Shown here piece by piece: positions 12,170 through 24,492 of a stretch of DNA of 64,000 nt; position 1 is the first letter of the stretch; every line of letters begins with the position of its first letter. The translations under genes were made by a program, and so were the position numbers. The stretch lies in assembly GCF_001194135.2 (NCBI RefSeq), contig NC_068999.1:33234501-33298500 (forward strand), given 5' to 3'. Below the pieces are notes generated by a model that searched no databases, was not told where the DNA came from, and saw only the letters and a list, made by a program, of their open reading frames with translations. Source of the stretch: Octopus bimaculoides. Lineage: Eukaryota.

Positions 12170-13210
12170 GATTAAATATTTCCTAAGAAGTTTGGAATTT
12201 GCAATTTTTGATGCCAGAATATTGCTCCGATCACAATGGGTACTACATTCACTATTGAGACTGTATGGATTCTTTTCACTTTCAATCCTAAGTTTTGGTA
12301 CTTCTAAACTTTCTTGTCCTCTGTCTTCACAATATTCTGGTCTGCAGGTGTAGCTACATCGATGAAGGTCCGATCTTTGGACTTCTTCAGTATGAGAGTG
12401 ATATCTGGTCAGTTATGTTCCAGCTTTTTGTCTGTGTATATTGGCATATCCCATATGACTTCACCTGAACATTCTCAGCTACAGGCAAAGGTTGGTGCTC
12501 ATACTACTTGTTGGAGCATTCTAGCCCATACTTCTTGCACCGCCACTTTGTCATTGCGTTTTTGTACTCCTTTTGGGCTAATTTTGAGCATCCACTAATT
12601 ATATATCTAAGTGTTTCAGATGATTTTCCACATAGTCTACAAACAGGTAATAATGTTGTCTTACCAATGCTACACTTGACTGAGTTAGCTTGTAAAGCAT
12701 GTTCTTGAGCAGCAATAATCAGTTCTTCTGCCTTCTTTAAAAAAAACCATGTCTGAACCATCTCCAGGATTCTTCACCAGCTTCATTCACTGTTTGCTGG
12801 AAAAACTCTCCATGTAGGACTTTCTCTTTCCAGTTGACCTTTTCCCTCTTAGTCCTCATATTGTACTCCTGGAGGGTCTCACCGTTGTAACTGATCACCT
12901 TCTCTCTCAGTGCAGTCAGTAACATTACTTCATCAGATAGGCATGCAAGAACTTGATTTCGTTCACAATACTATCCTCTATGACAACCAGTCCTCTTTCA
13001 CCTTTCTTCCTACGTAAGCAATGCCTTGCTGTGTTACTTTTAGTTTGAAGGCACCCATGCATAACCATTACTTTTTTAGTTTTTCTATCCATGTTGACAA
13101 GTTCTTCCTTTGGCCATTCCACGACTCTTGCATAGTAACATGTCACATCTACAGCCCACGTGTTGATGCCTCTAATCGGGTTCCTTCCATTTAACTTAGA
13201 CTCACATAAC
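12170..13210 (-). mobile_element. R4/Dong-type (RLE) LINE 3' remnant
   Basis: MDRKTKKVMVMHG..., WKEKVLHGEFF, LIIAAQEHAL and CRLCGKSSETLRYIISGCSKLAQKEYK (decayed CCHC). Confidence 0.85.
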
Positions 13211-13434
13211 TTTTTCCTCCCTCATCTTGGTGTTCTACATCTAGCCTAGTTGTAAAACAATTAAATAAAATTTTTCGCCACCCCGACCATCACCAGGCAT
13301 TTCAGAATTCACGAGTGAGGAACAATATTATATGCCTTCTTATCGTCGATCCTTCTTACAGTCAGTCCAAGCCAGTTATAGGCTTGTCATATTATTGTTA
13401 CCATTGCTCTTGTTGTCGTTATATCAGGTGTTTG

Positions 13435-14085
13435 ACTGGCAGAAACATTAACGCGTCAGATAAAATGCTTAGCGGCATTTCATCTGGCTCTTAAGGCTTT
13501 GAGTGCAAATGTCACAGAGGTCATCTTAGACTTTCGTCCTTTCGGAATCGATAAAACAAAGAGATGATATCATCGATGTAATCGACTATTTCTGTCCCTC
13601 TAAAATTGCTGCCCTTGTGCTAAAATTTGAAACTATTATTAAGGCGGTGAGCTGGCGGAATCGTTACCACACCGGACAAAATGCTTAGCGGTATTTCTTC
13701 CGACTCTTTACCTTCTGAGTTCAAATGCCGCCGAGTTAGACTTTGCTTTTCATCCTTTCAGGGTCCATAAAACAAAGTAATCGACTTAGCCCCCAACATT
13801 TCAGAACCACCTATGCTTAAAGTAGAAAGAATCATCATCAACAATAATAATGATAATCCTTTCAACTAAAGGCACAAGGCCTGAAATTTTAGGGGAGGGG
13901 ACTAGTCGATTACATCGACTTCAGTATTTCACTGGTACTTAATTTATCGACCCCGAAAGGATGAAAGGCAAAGTCGACCTTGGCGGAGTTTGAGCTCAGA
14001 ACGTAAAGATGGGCGAAATACCGCTGAGTATTTTGCCCGACGTGATTAACGATTCTACCAGCTCGTCGCTATGACTCCCGTCGAT
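13435..14085. mobile_element. Cluster of three SINE B copies (13435-13630 +, 13643-13850 +, 13860-14085 -)
   Basis: Repeated CTGGC(A/G)GAA...TGCTTAGCGG(C/T)ATTTC...TCAAATGCCGCCGAG head and GCCTTGTGC tail. Confidence 0.8.
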
Positions 14086-14094
14086 TTCGACGTA

Positions 14095-14500
14095 TGAGTA
14101 TTTGAAGAAAGGATTATGGATGTATGAATATAATTTGAGTCCAGGTACGGATTTTGCAATGAAGTTACAATGAGGACAATGATGATTTTGATTTTGCCTG
14201 GAATTAGACAAATGTGTCTGTTGATTGCAGGGTATAACGCTTTTATTGTTCTGTTTCTTCAACTCAAATTGTTTTGATGCATCATGACACATTTTATGCC
14301 AGGCAGATAGATCTATGCAATAACTTACCCAAGATCTAGAGATTTTAGTGATTGTTTCAATTTATCCTTATACTTAAGGATGACTCTTCTTTTACCGCGA
14401 TATTCCTCTGCTTGTTGACCATACGGAAGAATTTCTGGAATGCGACATCTTTCATTTGAACAACATATCCTACCTAGTTGCATTGAATTCTTAAAAACAT
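14095..14500 (-). mobile_element. RTE-like LINE 3' remnant with a terminal C2H2-type finger
   Basis: RIPEILPYGQQAEEYRGKRRVILKYKDKLKQSLKSLDLG (RTE C-terminal motif) followed by CPHCNFIAKSVPGLKL. Confidence 0.6.
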
Positions 14501-14534
14501 GCTTTTGATACTGGATATATCACATATTTTAAAA

Positions 14535-14650
14535 GGCGCATAGCTTAGTCGTTAGAACGCTGGCTTACAATCGTGAGGTTGTAAGTTCGATTCCCGGGCC
14601 GGGATGTATGCTGTGTTCTTGAGCAAGACACTTTATTTCACGTTTTTCCT
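14535..14650 (+). mobile_element. tRNA-derived SINE head (family D)
   Basis: GGCGCATAGCTTAGTCGTTAG (A box), GTTCGATTCCC (B box), then TGTGTTCTTGAGCAAGACACTTTATTTCACG; related copies near 60.6, 61.4 and 62.7 kb. Confidence 0.75.
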
Positions 14651-14880
14651 CGTCCCCTGTGTAATGTTAATTTACTAATCCAGTACTATAACGCATGACT
14701 GTAACTACCCACATATTGATAACTTGTACGCAATATCTATCTCTCTCTCTATATATAGGTTGTTTCTTGTTTTTCTGTGTAATGCATATCTATTTAATAA
14801 TTTGTCTAATTTGTTATTCCAGCACTGTAACGCCCGACTGCAACAGCCCACATATTAATAACGTAGCGATAACTTGTACA

Positions 14881-14946
<66 letters not shown>

Positions 14947-14949
14947 TAA

Positions 14950-15700
14950 CGCATTTCTCCTGAGCCAAGACCATCTTAACTGATCACCAAGAGCATGACC
15001 TGTCTCATAAATTTAGTATTCTCCAATGTACAGGCGCATACTTAGAGCAGTTGCACTCACTTTAACTACTTTCGCTTTCGCCACCCACTTGTTGGGAAAA
15101 TTCACTGTAGGAGAACATTAGAGCATTTGTATCGCTACCTTCACTTTTCTTTCCTTGTGGAACTTGAGTCCTTGCTCGAAGAGGAATATCTGTACTCAAT
15201 CCTTTTAACCTTGTACACCTCACAATTCTTTCACCGTAGCCACTAGCCAGAGGAACAGTATCTGCTTGCCTCATTAGAACAGGGTGATGGAGCGATCTTC
15301 ATAATAGTCTCGATCGGTAGCTGGATCCGCCCTACATTGCACAATATCAGCAATGTTCTGATATGGTTCGTGTGCGTGTCGCACGGTTTCGTAGCTTTCC
15401 GCGCATTTCGGACAATCCAACCTAGCGGTAATTCCGTTTCTCTAGAGTATATCTCGGACCGTTAGTAAACCTTGGCAGTACTATTAGAGCAAAGACTCCT
15501 GGAAGTTATCCATAGTTTTCGTCCGTCGTTGAGTCCTAAAGTTTCCCCGAGGATGTCTATGTTCTTATCCATCACTAGTCCTCTATATATTGTTAAGGAG
15601 GAACTTCCACCGACCGCATTACTTCTTTGGCAGAGAACGATAAACGTCTGATGATATTCCAGATGCTAGACACTCAGTCATGGTTTTTTGTTTAACCAGG
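14950..15700 (-). mobile_element. Tx1/L1-clade LINE 3' remnant
   Basis: Frameshifted VRDILYR..ITARLDCPKCAESYETVRHA knuckle and a downstream CTRLKGL motif. Confidence 0.65.
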
Positions 15701-16204
15701 ACTGCAGCTCCATCAAATAATATTGATGATGATACGATCGAAACGAATGAAGTCACTGACAGCAACGACGTCACTGTCCGTTGGGACATGCCTATTCACG
15801 TTGATGGAGCAATAAAAATAAACAAGTTTTGACTTCAGATATTCAAGTATTGAAGTATGTCATGATCTAGAAAATAAAAGTTCTTGTTGCCACAAAATAT
15901 ATGATGAAAAGAGAAAAGGAAAAAATAAAACCGTTTATTTACTTCTTGATAGAACTTATAAGTTTAATGCAAATGTGTTTAATGCATATGTGTTTCATTT
16001 AAATCCATTAGAGTATTATATTGTTTTTGCCATTACTTAATTATTTCGAGAATCAAGTCAATAAAGATCAATCAATCATATTCTATTGATTATTATATTT
16101 CATAAGTGCACTTTTGATTAACGTAGTACCACCATGGGATTAATTAACTGAACTAGAAAGTGGTATGATCAACTAAACACGGGCATGGACAATGACTGTA
16201 TCAC

Positions 16205-16730
16205 CAGTCTCTGGGACATAACCATCCACGTTGACATAAAGATAAAAACTAAGAGCTAAGTATAGATACTAGATTTATCCCCACCTGTAGGACTTGAATG
16301 CCTTTAGTAGAGTTCACTCTATTGCGGGCATTCAAAACAGTTCTCCACTTTGAGGATATCTTCTGCCCTCCTTCCTGGTTCTTCAAAGTGCCATTGGGTA
16401 CCGCTCTTCCTTCTTGACTTAAAGATAAAAAAAGAAAGCCCGATATCGTTATCAACGACAAGAAGGGAAGGTGATGCATACTTATCGACATTGCAAAACT
16501 TACCGAAAGAAATACCTCCTCAAGAGTCTCTGAGGAGTTGACCCAGAAATCGAAACCAACAGAATGTTAAATATGGAGATCGAAATAATTTCGGTGTTTT
16601 AAGACTCATGAAAAAGAGAATGGATAACTTCACTAACAGTGCCATAGCTAACGTTAGTATCTACACTGTTCAGAATGTAACCCTACTCGGAAAGACCCAC
16701 ATAATACGGAAGCTACTGTTAATCCAGTGA
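16205..16730 (+). mobile_element. R4-type RLE endonuclease remnant interrupted by a 171-bp insertion
   Basis: LWDITIHVDIKIK [insertion] KPDIVINDKKG..CILIDI...NVTLLGKTHIIRKLL. Confidence 0.7.
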
Positions 16731-18174
16731 CATTTTCACCATAGTGCCTCAGGCTAGTAGTTTGAATCCGTGCCTTCAGGATATCAAAATGAAGCTCAAA
16801 AGAAATAGGCTAAAAATAGGTGAAATACATCAACAAGGATATGGGCACAGGTATGGCTGTGTGGTTAAGTTTACTCAGCAACCACTTGGTTTGGGGTTCG
16901 ATCCCACGCTGTAGCACCTTGACCATAGTGTTTCTCATAGAGAGGTATCAGGTTTCCTGGTCGTAGTGAGAGTCAGAATTCAAAAGGGAGAAACAAACAA
17001 ATTGTTATATCTACGACTGCCCTAGTTTTTCCAAATTTCGATTTACCTTAACACCTCCCAATTTTTGTTTTTAACTTCTTCCGATTTTTCTAAAAGCATT
17101 CCGCAAAAAAATACAGATTCTTTTTTTTTAATTTCATTTAAAAACCAAATTCCACGTCTGTTCATTTGTGCATGTATGGATACCTGCTGAACCACCACTT
17201 GTCATTTATAAAGTCTCAATGCAGTCACTTGAGATGCTAGAAATAACAAAAAAATTCCATCACTTTTCCTTTTTTCTTAATAATAATTTCGAATTTCTAC
17301 GTTTCAAACAACGGAAATTACGGTTTTATTCCACACCACATTAAAAAAAAAAACAGCATTTTAAAATATTAATTTACCACAACTCTATTCCCAGTCCGCC
17401 GCTTCGCGTGAAGACGTGTCCCGGAAACCTTATTATCAGGAATAAGTATTTTTATGCAATATACTGAGTTCGAAAGACATAAATTATTTACTGGAAAATT
17501 TACGGGCTTGAGCAATGTTTAGCGTTATATGTGCTGGCATTGAGACGGAATGGGGTAGTAAATTAAGTGATTTTTGGTTTTCTGTTTTTATGCGACTGAA
17601 AATTGACATTATTTATAAACCTATTTGATGTTTAAACTCACTTCATTTTAATGTTTCATTGTAATAGCTACTCCCTGGAAGGAAGAGTGATCGAATAATA
17701 TATTGAATAACCGCTTATAAAAAAAAAAATTCCATTAAACTGATAATCATGATAGACGGGTGTAATTAGGTATTGTAACTTTTCATTTGATTTATCAAAA
17801 GTATTGATTTGTCTGGAACCATGTGTAAAATTTAGCTTTTTTCTTTGTTTTGCTTTCGATAACGCTTTATAGATTAAAAAACCCCCCAGAAACTTAGCTT
17901 AATAGCCTTAATAGTTTACGTTCAATATATTCAATAGCACAAAATGTGATCTATATCGAGATGATGGGATAATCGTTACACAACATATTAGATAGAGTGA
18001 CAAAAGATTTCTTCGTTGAGGCTTTCAAGGGAAAATGTAAATTAACCTCAGTTCTTATATGAACCGGCATGTAAGATGGTGACAGGCGTAGATTTCTAGG
18101 ATTACATGCAAACATACATACATACATACATACATACATATGTTAACACCGAAGATATCACCAACATCATAAGC

Positions 18175-18660
18175 AGTTGTCCAAAAATGTCATGTTGTAG
18201 CTAGGACACTCTATAATGAAATCCGTCGGAAGGATAACCCCGAGGACAAAGAAATAAGAACCCACAGTATGGTAGAAGCCATAGCCACTCATAATGAAAA
18301 GGAGTACTGGTGGAATGTCCCAGTGAAGACCTCAATAAAATGTAAGCACAACAGACCTAATATAATAATATGGGATACAGATGAGAAACTATGTACAGTT
18401 GTGGAAATTAGCTGCCCAGCAGATGCTAACATAAAGGTGAAGATCAGTGGAAAAGAGAATACCTATGCTAAACTATTGAGAATTCTGCAGTTACTCTATT
18501 CAGATTACAAGTTCAGGTTTATACCTGTAATTAATGGAGCCCTGGAATATGTACCACACTTCCTAAGTACCAATCTTGAGAAATTAGGCTTCTCAAAAAC
18601 CAGATAGGAGAAAGCTAATTCGCTGGAACTGCAAAATTCTGCAAAACTTTCCAGAATATA
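18175..18660 (+). mobile_element. RLE-bearing LINE (R4/NeSL-like) 3' remnant
   Basis: ORF 18269-18607: WWNVPVKTSIKCKHNRPNIIIWD...CTVVEISCPADAN...KENTYAKL (PD..D/E-type restriction-like endonuclease motif). Confidence 0.85.
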
Positions 18661-19042
18661 TATAAGCATATATATAAGCCTACATATGCAAGTGTATGCA
18701 TGAGAATACATACATAAAGCAAAACATACAAATCTGCACACATACATACATATATACATACATAATACATACATACATACATACATACATAATACATACA
18801 TACATACATACATACATACTCTATTGTTGATGTTGAAATTCCAGTGAAGGAGCCTTGGATCTAAGTTAGAGACCGACTCTTTCTCTATTGGCAAGAAATC
18901 TTGAAATAAAACTGAATAATGACATACATTCGTACGTAGTTACGTACGAATGTATGTGTGTGCCTGTACGTGCGTGTGTGTACATGCAGACACACATATA
19001 TATACATACAGAATTTATGTATGTATGCATGTATGTATGTAA

Positions 19043-19073
<31 letters not shown>

Positions 19074-19663
19074 TGTATGTATGTATGTATCTGTTTATAT
19101 CTGTCTGTCTCTCTATCTGTCTATCTATCAATCTATCTACCTATTCACACACACACACACACATACACGTAAGAATCGAACAATGAGAACGAGTGCTCAA
19201 CACTACTTTGGTGGTTAAAGATTCTTTATTCGTGCATTAAGGATACCAGTGTTTTCATGTTAAGAAAGCCTTTAACAATTATCAAGCTTGTCACATGGAA
19301 TATCGGTGTTCGTCTCCATTTTGAATTAAAACACGAAAAGTCACGTAAAATCACGATAAAAACCACGCGAGATTCTTTGGTAAGCAAAAAACAAGACATC
19401 AGTGGGAACAAGTCTTGGGTGAACATTTCCCTTGGAATCGACTTTTGGAAAAATTGAATTCATTCGAATTTTTCTCACCTATATGGATTTTAGTGCTGTT
19501 GTGTGTATACACAACAGCACTAAAATTCAAAATTTGTGTATTTAATAGTTCGTATTTACATATATTACTCTTTTACTCTTTTATTTATTTCAGTCATTTG
19601 ACTGTGGCCAAGCTGGAGCACCGCCTTTAGTCGAACAAATTCGACTCCAGATATTATTCTTTG

Positions 19664-19925
19664 TGTTGTATTTCCCTCGGAAGACTCATAGAGATAACAC
19701 AACGAGTTGTACAATTTAATTATTACATTTATTATTCAATTACATACAAAGAACGCACTCACCCAATGTTCGTTATGAATAAACAAAAGTCATGTCCGCC
19801 ATATCTGTTAATGACCTTTTACCACGACAGTCACACAAGACAACAACAATGAAACAATGAACTCAGACGAACCACATGACACACGGAACGTCAGACGAAT
19901 TACATATCTAACAGTCCATATAACA
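19664..19925 (+). mobile_element. Solo LTR (262 bp), probably Gypsy
   Basis: TGTTGTA...TATAACA termini (TG..CA, short inverted ends), exact 5-bp TSD CTTTG at 19659-19663 and 19926-19930, internal AATAAA. Strand inferred from terminal similarity to the Gypsy LTR. Confidence 0.85.
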
Positions 19926-19988
19926 CTTTGTAACATTATTTACATTATTTACTTTTGACAAATATTTGTCCTCATCTTGTTTATTGTT

Positions 19989-20034
19989 AACACAACGTTT
20001 CGGCTGATATAACCTCCAGCCTTCATCAGGTGTC
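19989..20034 (-). ncRNA. Minimal type I hammerhead ribozyme motif, intact core
   Basis: GACAC-CUGAUGA-A-GGCUG(GAGGUUAUAU)CAGCC-GAAAC-GUU-GUGUU: stem I, conserved core, stem II and palindromic AACGUU stem III as in PLE minimal hammerheads. Confidence 0.8.
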
Positions 20035-20130
20035 TTGGGGAAATTTCGAACCTGGGTTCTCATTCCTAAGGTATTTTTCGATGTTGTTATCATTAGCATT
20101 ATTATTCATGTCATTACGCCATATCCCTGT

Positions 20131-20205
20131 GGGCATATGGCGTAGTGGTTACGAGCTCGAGCTACTAACCCCATGATTCTGAGTTCGATTCCAGGCAGTG
20201 ACCTG
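20131..20205 (+). promoter_or_regulatory. tRNA-like Pol III internal promoter head
   Basis: A box TGGCGTAGTGG (20138-20148) and B box GTTCGATTCC (20183-20192), followed by (TAC)n(AAT)n. Confidence 0.75.
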
Positions 20206-20207
20206 AA

Positions 20208-20248
<41 letters not shown>

Positions 20249-20316
20249 ATAATAATAATAATAATAACATCGAAAAATACCATAGGAATGAGAATCCAGG
20301 TTCTAAATTTCCCCAA

Positions 20317-20362
20317 GACACCTGATGGAGGCTGGTGGGTATATCAGCCGAAACGTTGTGTT
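20317..20362 (+). ncRNA. Minimal type I hammerhead motif with core variant CUGAUGG
   Basis: GACAC-CTGATGG-A-GGCTG(GTGGGTATAT)CAGCC-GAAAC-GTT-GTGTT; A9 changed to G relative to the inverted copy. Confidence 0.7.
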
Positions 20363-21180
20363 AACAAAAAACAAGATGAGAACAAATGTCTGTCAAATGT
20401 AAATAATGTACATAATTCCTCATCTCTTAAATATAGAACTGTATTATTCTTTGTAAACGTAGTACTTATTTTATCGGTCACTTTTGCCGAACCGCTAAGT
20501 TACGGGGACGTAGACACACCAACATCGGTTGTCAAGCGGTGGTGGGAGGACAAACACAGACACACAAACATATATATATATACACAGTTGAAATTTATAG
20601 AAAAACAAAAGACGAAGACAGGTGTAAGAACAACAAGGAGGTGTATTAGTATGACGCTCGGAAGTGTAAAAGCATTTTAGGATTCGAGCCTACATTCTTC
20701 AACAGAAAGGAATAAAAGAAAATAAACAGAGAATAAAAAAAAACTGTTGGATTTAGTGGTCAAGCATGGCGACTGGTTACAAAAAGAAAATTTGAATGCA
20801 GAGGTTGAAAGAAGGGGATATTGCTAATCCCAAAACGAAGGTGCGCGCGAGTATGTGTATGTGAGAATGTGTAAGTGTGTGTGTGTAGATAGGAGCTAGT
20901 AACTTCTACCTGTATAGCTGTGTGCGTGTGTAACTATGTGCGTTTGTAACGTGTGGCTGCTCGTATAGTGTTATGTGTAGTGATACTATTGAAGATTGTG
21001 TGAATGCGTGGATGATGGTGTGTGGGTGTGCAGATGATGGTGTCTGGTGTGGGTGCTGGGAAGTGGTCAGTGCTAGTGTGTGTAGTGTGGTGTGGTGGTG
21101 TGGGGTGGGGTGGTTGTGGTGGTCGGGATATCGATATAAGAGTAGGACTAGGATGTGAGGTGGGTGGAGCGGGGGTGGTA

Positions 21181-23977
21181 TCAATGAAGAGAGAAGATGA
21201 GTAGGAGTGAAGAGAGAAAGTAGGTGTCAATGAAGAGAGGAGGGGAGTTGAGCCCATATGGTGCAAAGGAGCGAAGAGCGAAGATTAATTTCTGTTTACG
21301 GTGAGGGCGGGAGTCCGGATGGCCTCTGTGCAAAGACAGTCCGAACACAGATAAGTGTTGCAGTGAATGACCGGTAGAGTGGAAATGATGCGAGAATGGG
21401 GTGTCATTACCGTGTCTGTTGTCTCGGAGGTGCTCCGCGAACCGGTCAGCCAAGCGGCGTCCCGTTTGACCGATGTACAGAGAGTGGCAGAACGAGCCGG
21501 AAGTGCAGTAAATGACGTTGCTAGAAGTGCAGGTAAAGGAGACCTGCCTCTATCTCTCCAACACTGCGTTGGAGAGGTCCTCTACCTCTCCAACACTACG
21601 TTGGGGAGGTAGGGACAGGTACGGCAGCGTGGGCGGGAGCAGGGGAACGAGCCAGGCTAGGAGGTGGGTTAAGGAAGAAACTGTGGGCCAAGAGGTTGTG
21701 GGCTCATTTGAAGGAGGGAAGGGGTAGNNNNNNNNNNNNNNNNNNNNNNNNNTTGGCGAAGTTGTGCGAGGTCAAGGGGCAGGATGGAGGGAGAGAGAAC
21801 AGAGGCACAGTCCGCGGAACGTGGCCTGACAAGGGCTGTGTGGATAGTGGTGAGGGGATATCCACGAAAGATGAAGTGACGAGCCATGAGTTGAGACTGA
21901 GTCTCAAAGTCATGGTTGTCACTGCAGAGCATGCGCAAACGGAGGAATTGGGAGTAGGGGATGGAGACCTGTGTGTGTGTGTAGGGTGGGAGGAAGAGAA
22001 GTTAAGGTAGAAGTGTGAGTCGGTGTTTGTAGTGGATGAAGGTAGTGAGAGCGGAGTGGTGTATGCTAACAGAAATGTCGAGAAATGCAACGGAAGTGTT
22101 GGAAATAGTGCAGAAGAATTCGAGGGCAGGATGGAAGGATTGGACAAAAAAGAGAAAGGGCTCTTGTTGTTCGCAGGATAGAGACGTTGCACCGATACAG
22201 TCATCAATATAACGACCGCATAGTTCGGGAGTGGAACCAGTGAATCATGAGAATATTTGGGCCTCAATGTAGCCAACGAACAGGTTCGCATAGTTGGGGC
22301 CCATTCTTGTTCTCATGTCCACTCCCGAAACCTGTTGATAAAAATCACCCGCGGACGAGAAGCAGTTGAGGGAGAGAACAAGTTCGGCTAAACGAAGAAG
22401 TGTGGACGTGTCAGGTTGGGTGTTGGGTCGAAGGTCTAGAAACTGTTGAAGTGCAAGAAGTCCTTCGTTGTGTGGGATTAGCGTATATAAACTCTTGATA
22501 TCAAGAGTGAAGAGAAGTTTAGAGGGGCCAGGAGGGAAGGAGAAAGAGTCAAAGAGACGGAGAGCATGGTTAGTGTCGTGGATGTGAGAGGGGAGGGAAG
22601 CCACTGGGTGGGGGGCAAGGACACGGTTGAGGTATTTAGAGATCAATTCTGTGGGGCAGTTATAGGCAGAGACGATGGGGCGGCCAGGGTTACTAGGCTT
22701 GTGGATTTTGAGAAGGAAGTAAAAGGTGGGGGTGTGAGGAGTGCGGACAATGAGGTTGGAGGTGGTGGGAGGGAGACGGGAAGAAGAGATAAGGTCATGG
22801 ATAGTGGAGGACACAGTCTGTTGGTAGTTAGGCGTGGGGTTGTAGGGCAGAGGGCAGTAGAAGGAGGTGTCTTGAAGTTGGCGGAGAGCTTCAGCTTTGT
22901 AGAGGTCTGCGCGTCATACCACCCTTGTCGGCCAGTTTTATGATGATGTCCTTGCGGCGTCGGAGACATCGAAGGGCTAAGTGTTCGGCCGGGGTAAAAT
23001 GTCAGGGACGCCTGCGAAAGTTGAACCGGTTCACAACACGATGGAAGATGCTTGCAAAATGATCAACTGCTTAGAACTGGCCAGGAGCTGGCGTCCAGTT
23101 AGATGGTTGGCGGCCCAGATCGGTGAAGCAGTCCTCTTCATTAGATGCAGGTGGAACGTTGTGGAATAGTGCATATAGCCTGATGCGGCGCACAAAGCTA
23201 TGAATATCAACACGGGTCTGAAATTTGTTACTCGATGAAGTGAGGGGGATGAAGCGAAGACCCTTACTGAGAAGGGAGCGCTCCGCCTCAGAGAGGAGAA
23301 GATCAGGAGGAATGGTAACAACAGACTGAAGTAGAGAGGGGGTGGATATGTTAGATATGGGAGGGATGGTGGGGGCAGTGGAAGGTTGGGAGGAGAGAGA
23401 GGAGGAGTAAGTGCGTGAGTTTGGAATAATGGAAGGGTGTGGATGAGGATGAGAAGGGAGTGGATCGTGGATGGAGGGGGATGGAGGAATAGGTGGGTGT
23501 AGTGGCATCGGGTGGGACAGAATGAAGGAGTGAGTGGAGTTTACGTTGTTTAGTGCGAGTGAGGAACTCGTGGTAAAGATGATTTAATTTGAGTTTGAAG
23601 CGTAGAGTGGAATGTGCAACGGAAGGTGAAAGGCAGGAGACAAAGATGGGATAAGTGAGAGGTAAAAGGCGGTCGAAGGTGTGTATTTTGGAGAGAGTAG
23701 AACGAATGGTGGCACGCATAAGGCGGTAGGAAGTAGTACAAAGTATGGGTACGATGGCAGAAGCAGAGTGGAAAGTGGGGTGGAAACCTTTGGGGATGAG
23801 GTGGTGGTGAAGGTAGTGACTGAGAAAGGAAACATGACTAGAGAAGCGTGTTTTTAAAAAGAAGATTAATAGAAGGGAAAGATTAATAGAAGGTTGAAAG
23901 CAGCGGAAAGGAAGCGTGGAAAGGTGTTTCTTTAGGCGGTGCTGAAGGTGGGAGAGGAAAATTTTGTAATTGGGCAT
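21181..23977 (-). pseudogene. PLE ORF remnant: reverse transcriptase plus GIY-YIG endonuclease
   Basis: FYFLLKIHKPSNPGRPIVS, LFTLDIKSLYT, YQQVSGVDMRTRMGPNYANLFVG (RT); SSNVIYC..CHSLYIGQTGRRLADRFAEH...PYGLN (GIY-YIG); split across several frames. Confidence 0.92.
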
Positions 23978-24492
23978 GCTGGAAAAAGGAGAAAAAAGAA
24001 AAAAGGAGAGAGAAAGGCAAAGTAATAACGTACGGAGTATAAAAGTTCAAAAAGTTAAAAAGTCGTGAAGAGAAGAAAAAAGGGGAGAAAAGGGGAGAAA
24101 AGGAGAAGAAAAAAGAGACGAAGAAAAGGAGAGAGAGAAAGATAAAGTAATAACGTACGGAGTATGAAAAATGAGAAAATTCAAAAAGTTCAGAAATCGT
24201 GGTAGATTGGAGCGATTTTACATCAACGGAAAAGTCCAGTGAAATCTGTGACAGTAGAGTCAGCATACCCAGTGGTAGTCCATGTGCATTACCACTGTAG
24301 ATGAGGAAAGGTGCAGAAAGTTCAGGTAGTAGTTAAGATGTGTAAGGGCAAAGAGTAGGAAGTCAAAGCAGGATACAACTGAGGTGAGCACGTGAGCGTA
24401 AAATATATAGTTGAAATTTATAGAAAACCAAAAGACAGGTGTATAAACAGCAAGCAGGTGTATTAGTTTGACGCTCGAGGAAGTGAAAAAGT

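Larger units (their letters stand above)
19934..20441. mobile_element. Head-to-head dimer of a tRNA-headed, hammerhead-containing SINE-like element
   Basis: 19934-20127 is an inverted, internally deleted copy of 20131-20441; the dimer is flanked by the duplicated TATTATTCTTTGTAA (left copy split by the solo LTR). Confidence 0.85.
19596..20575 (-). mobile_element. SINE family A copy split by nested insertions (pieces 19596-19663 and 20442-20575)
   Basis: Tail TTTCAGTCATTTGACTG...CTGGAGCACCGCC...TTATTCTTTG on the left; continuation TTATTCTTTGTAA...CCGCTAAGTTACGGGGACG on the right. Confidence 0.85.

Noticed and set aside
14535-14610. SINE heads as functional tRNA genes (also 1245, 20131, 50400, 60640)
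   Set aside because: A/B boxes are present but cloverleaves are incomplete and each continues into a repeat body.
17000-17660. Possible non-autonomous DNA transposon
   Set aside because: Could not define TIRs or a TSD, so not reported as a feature.
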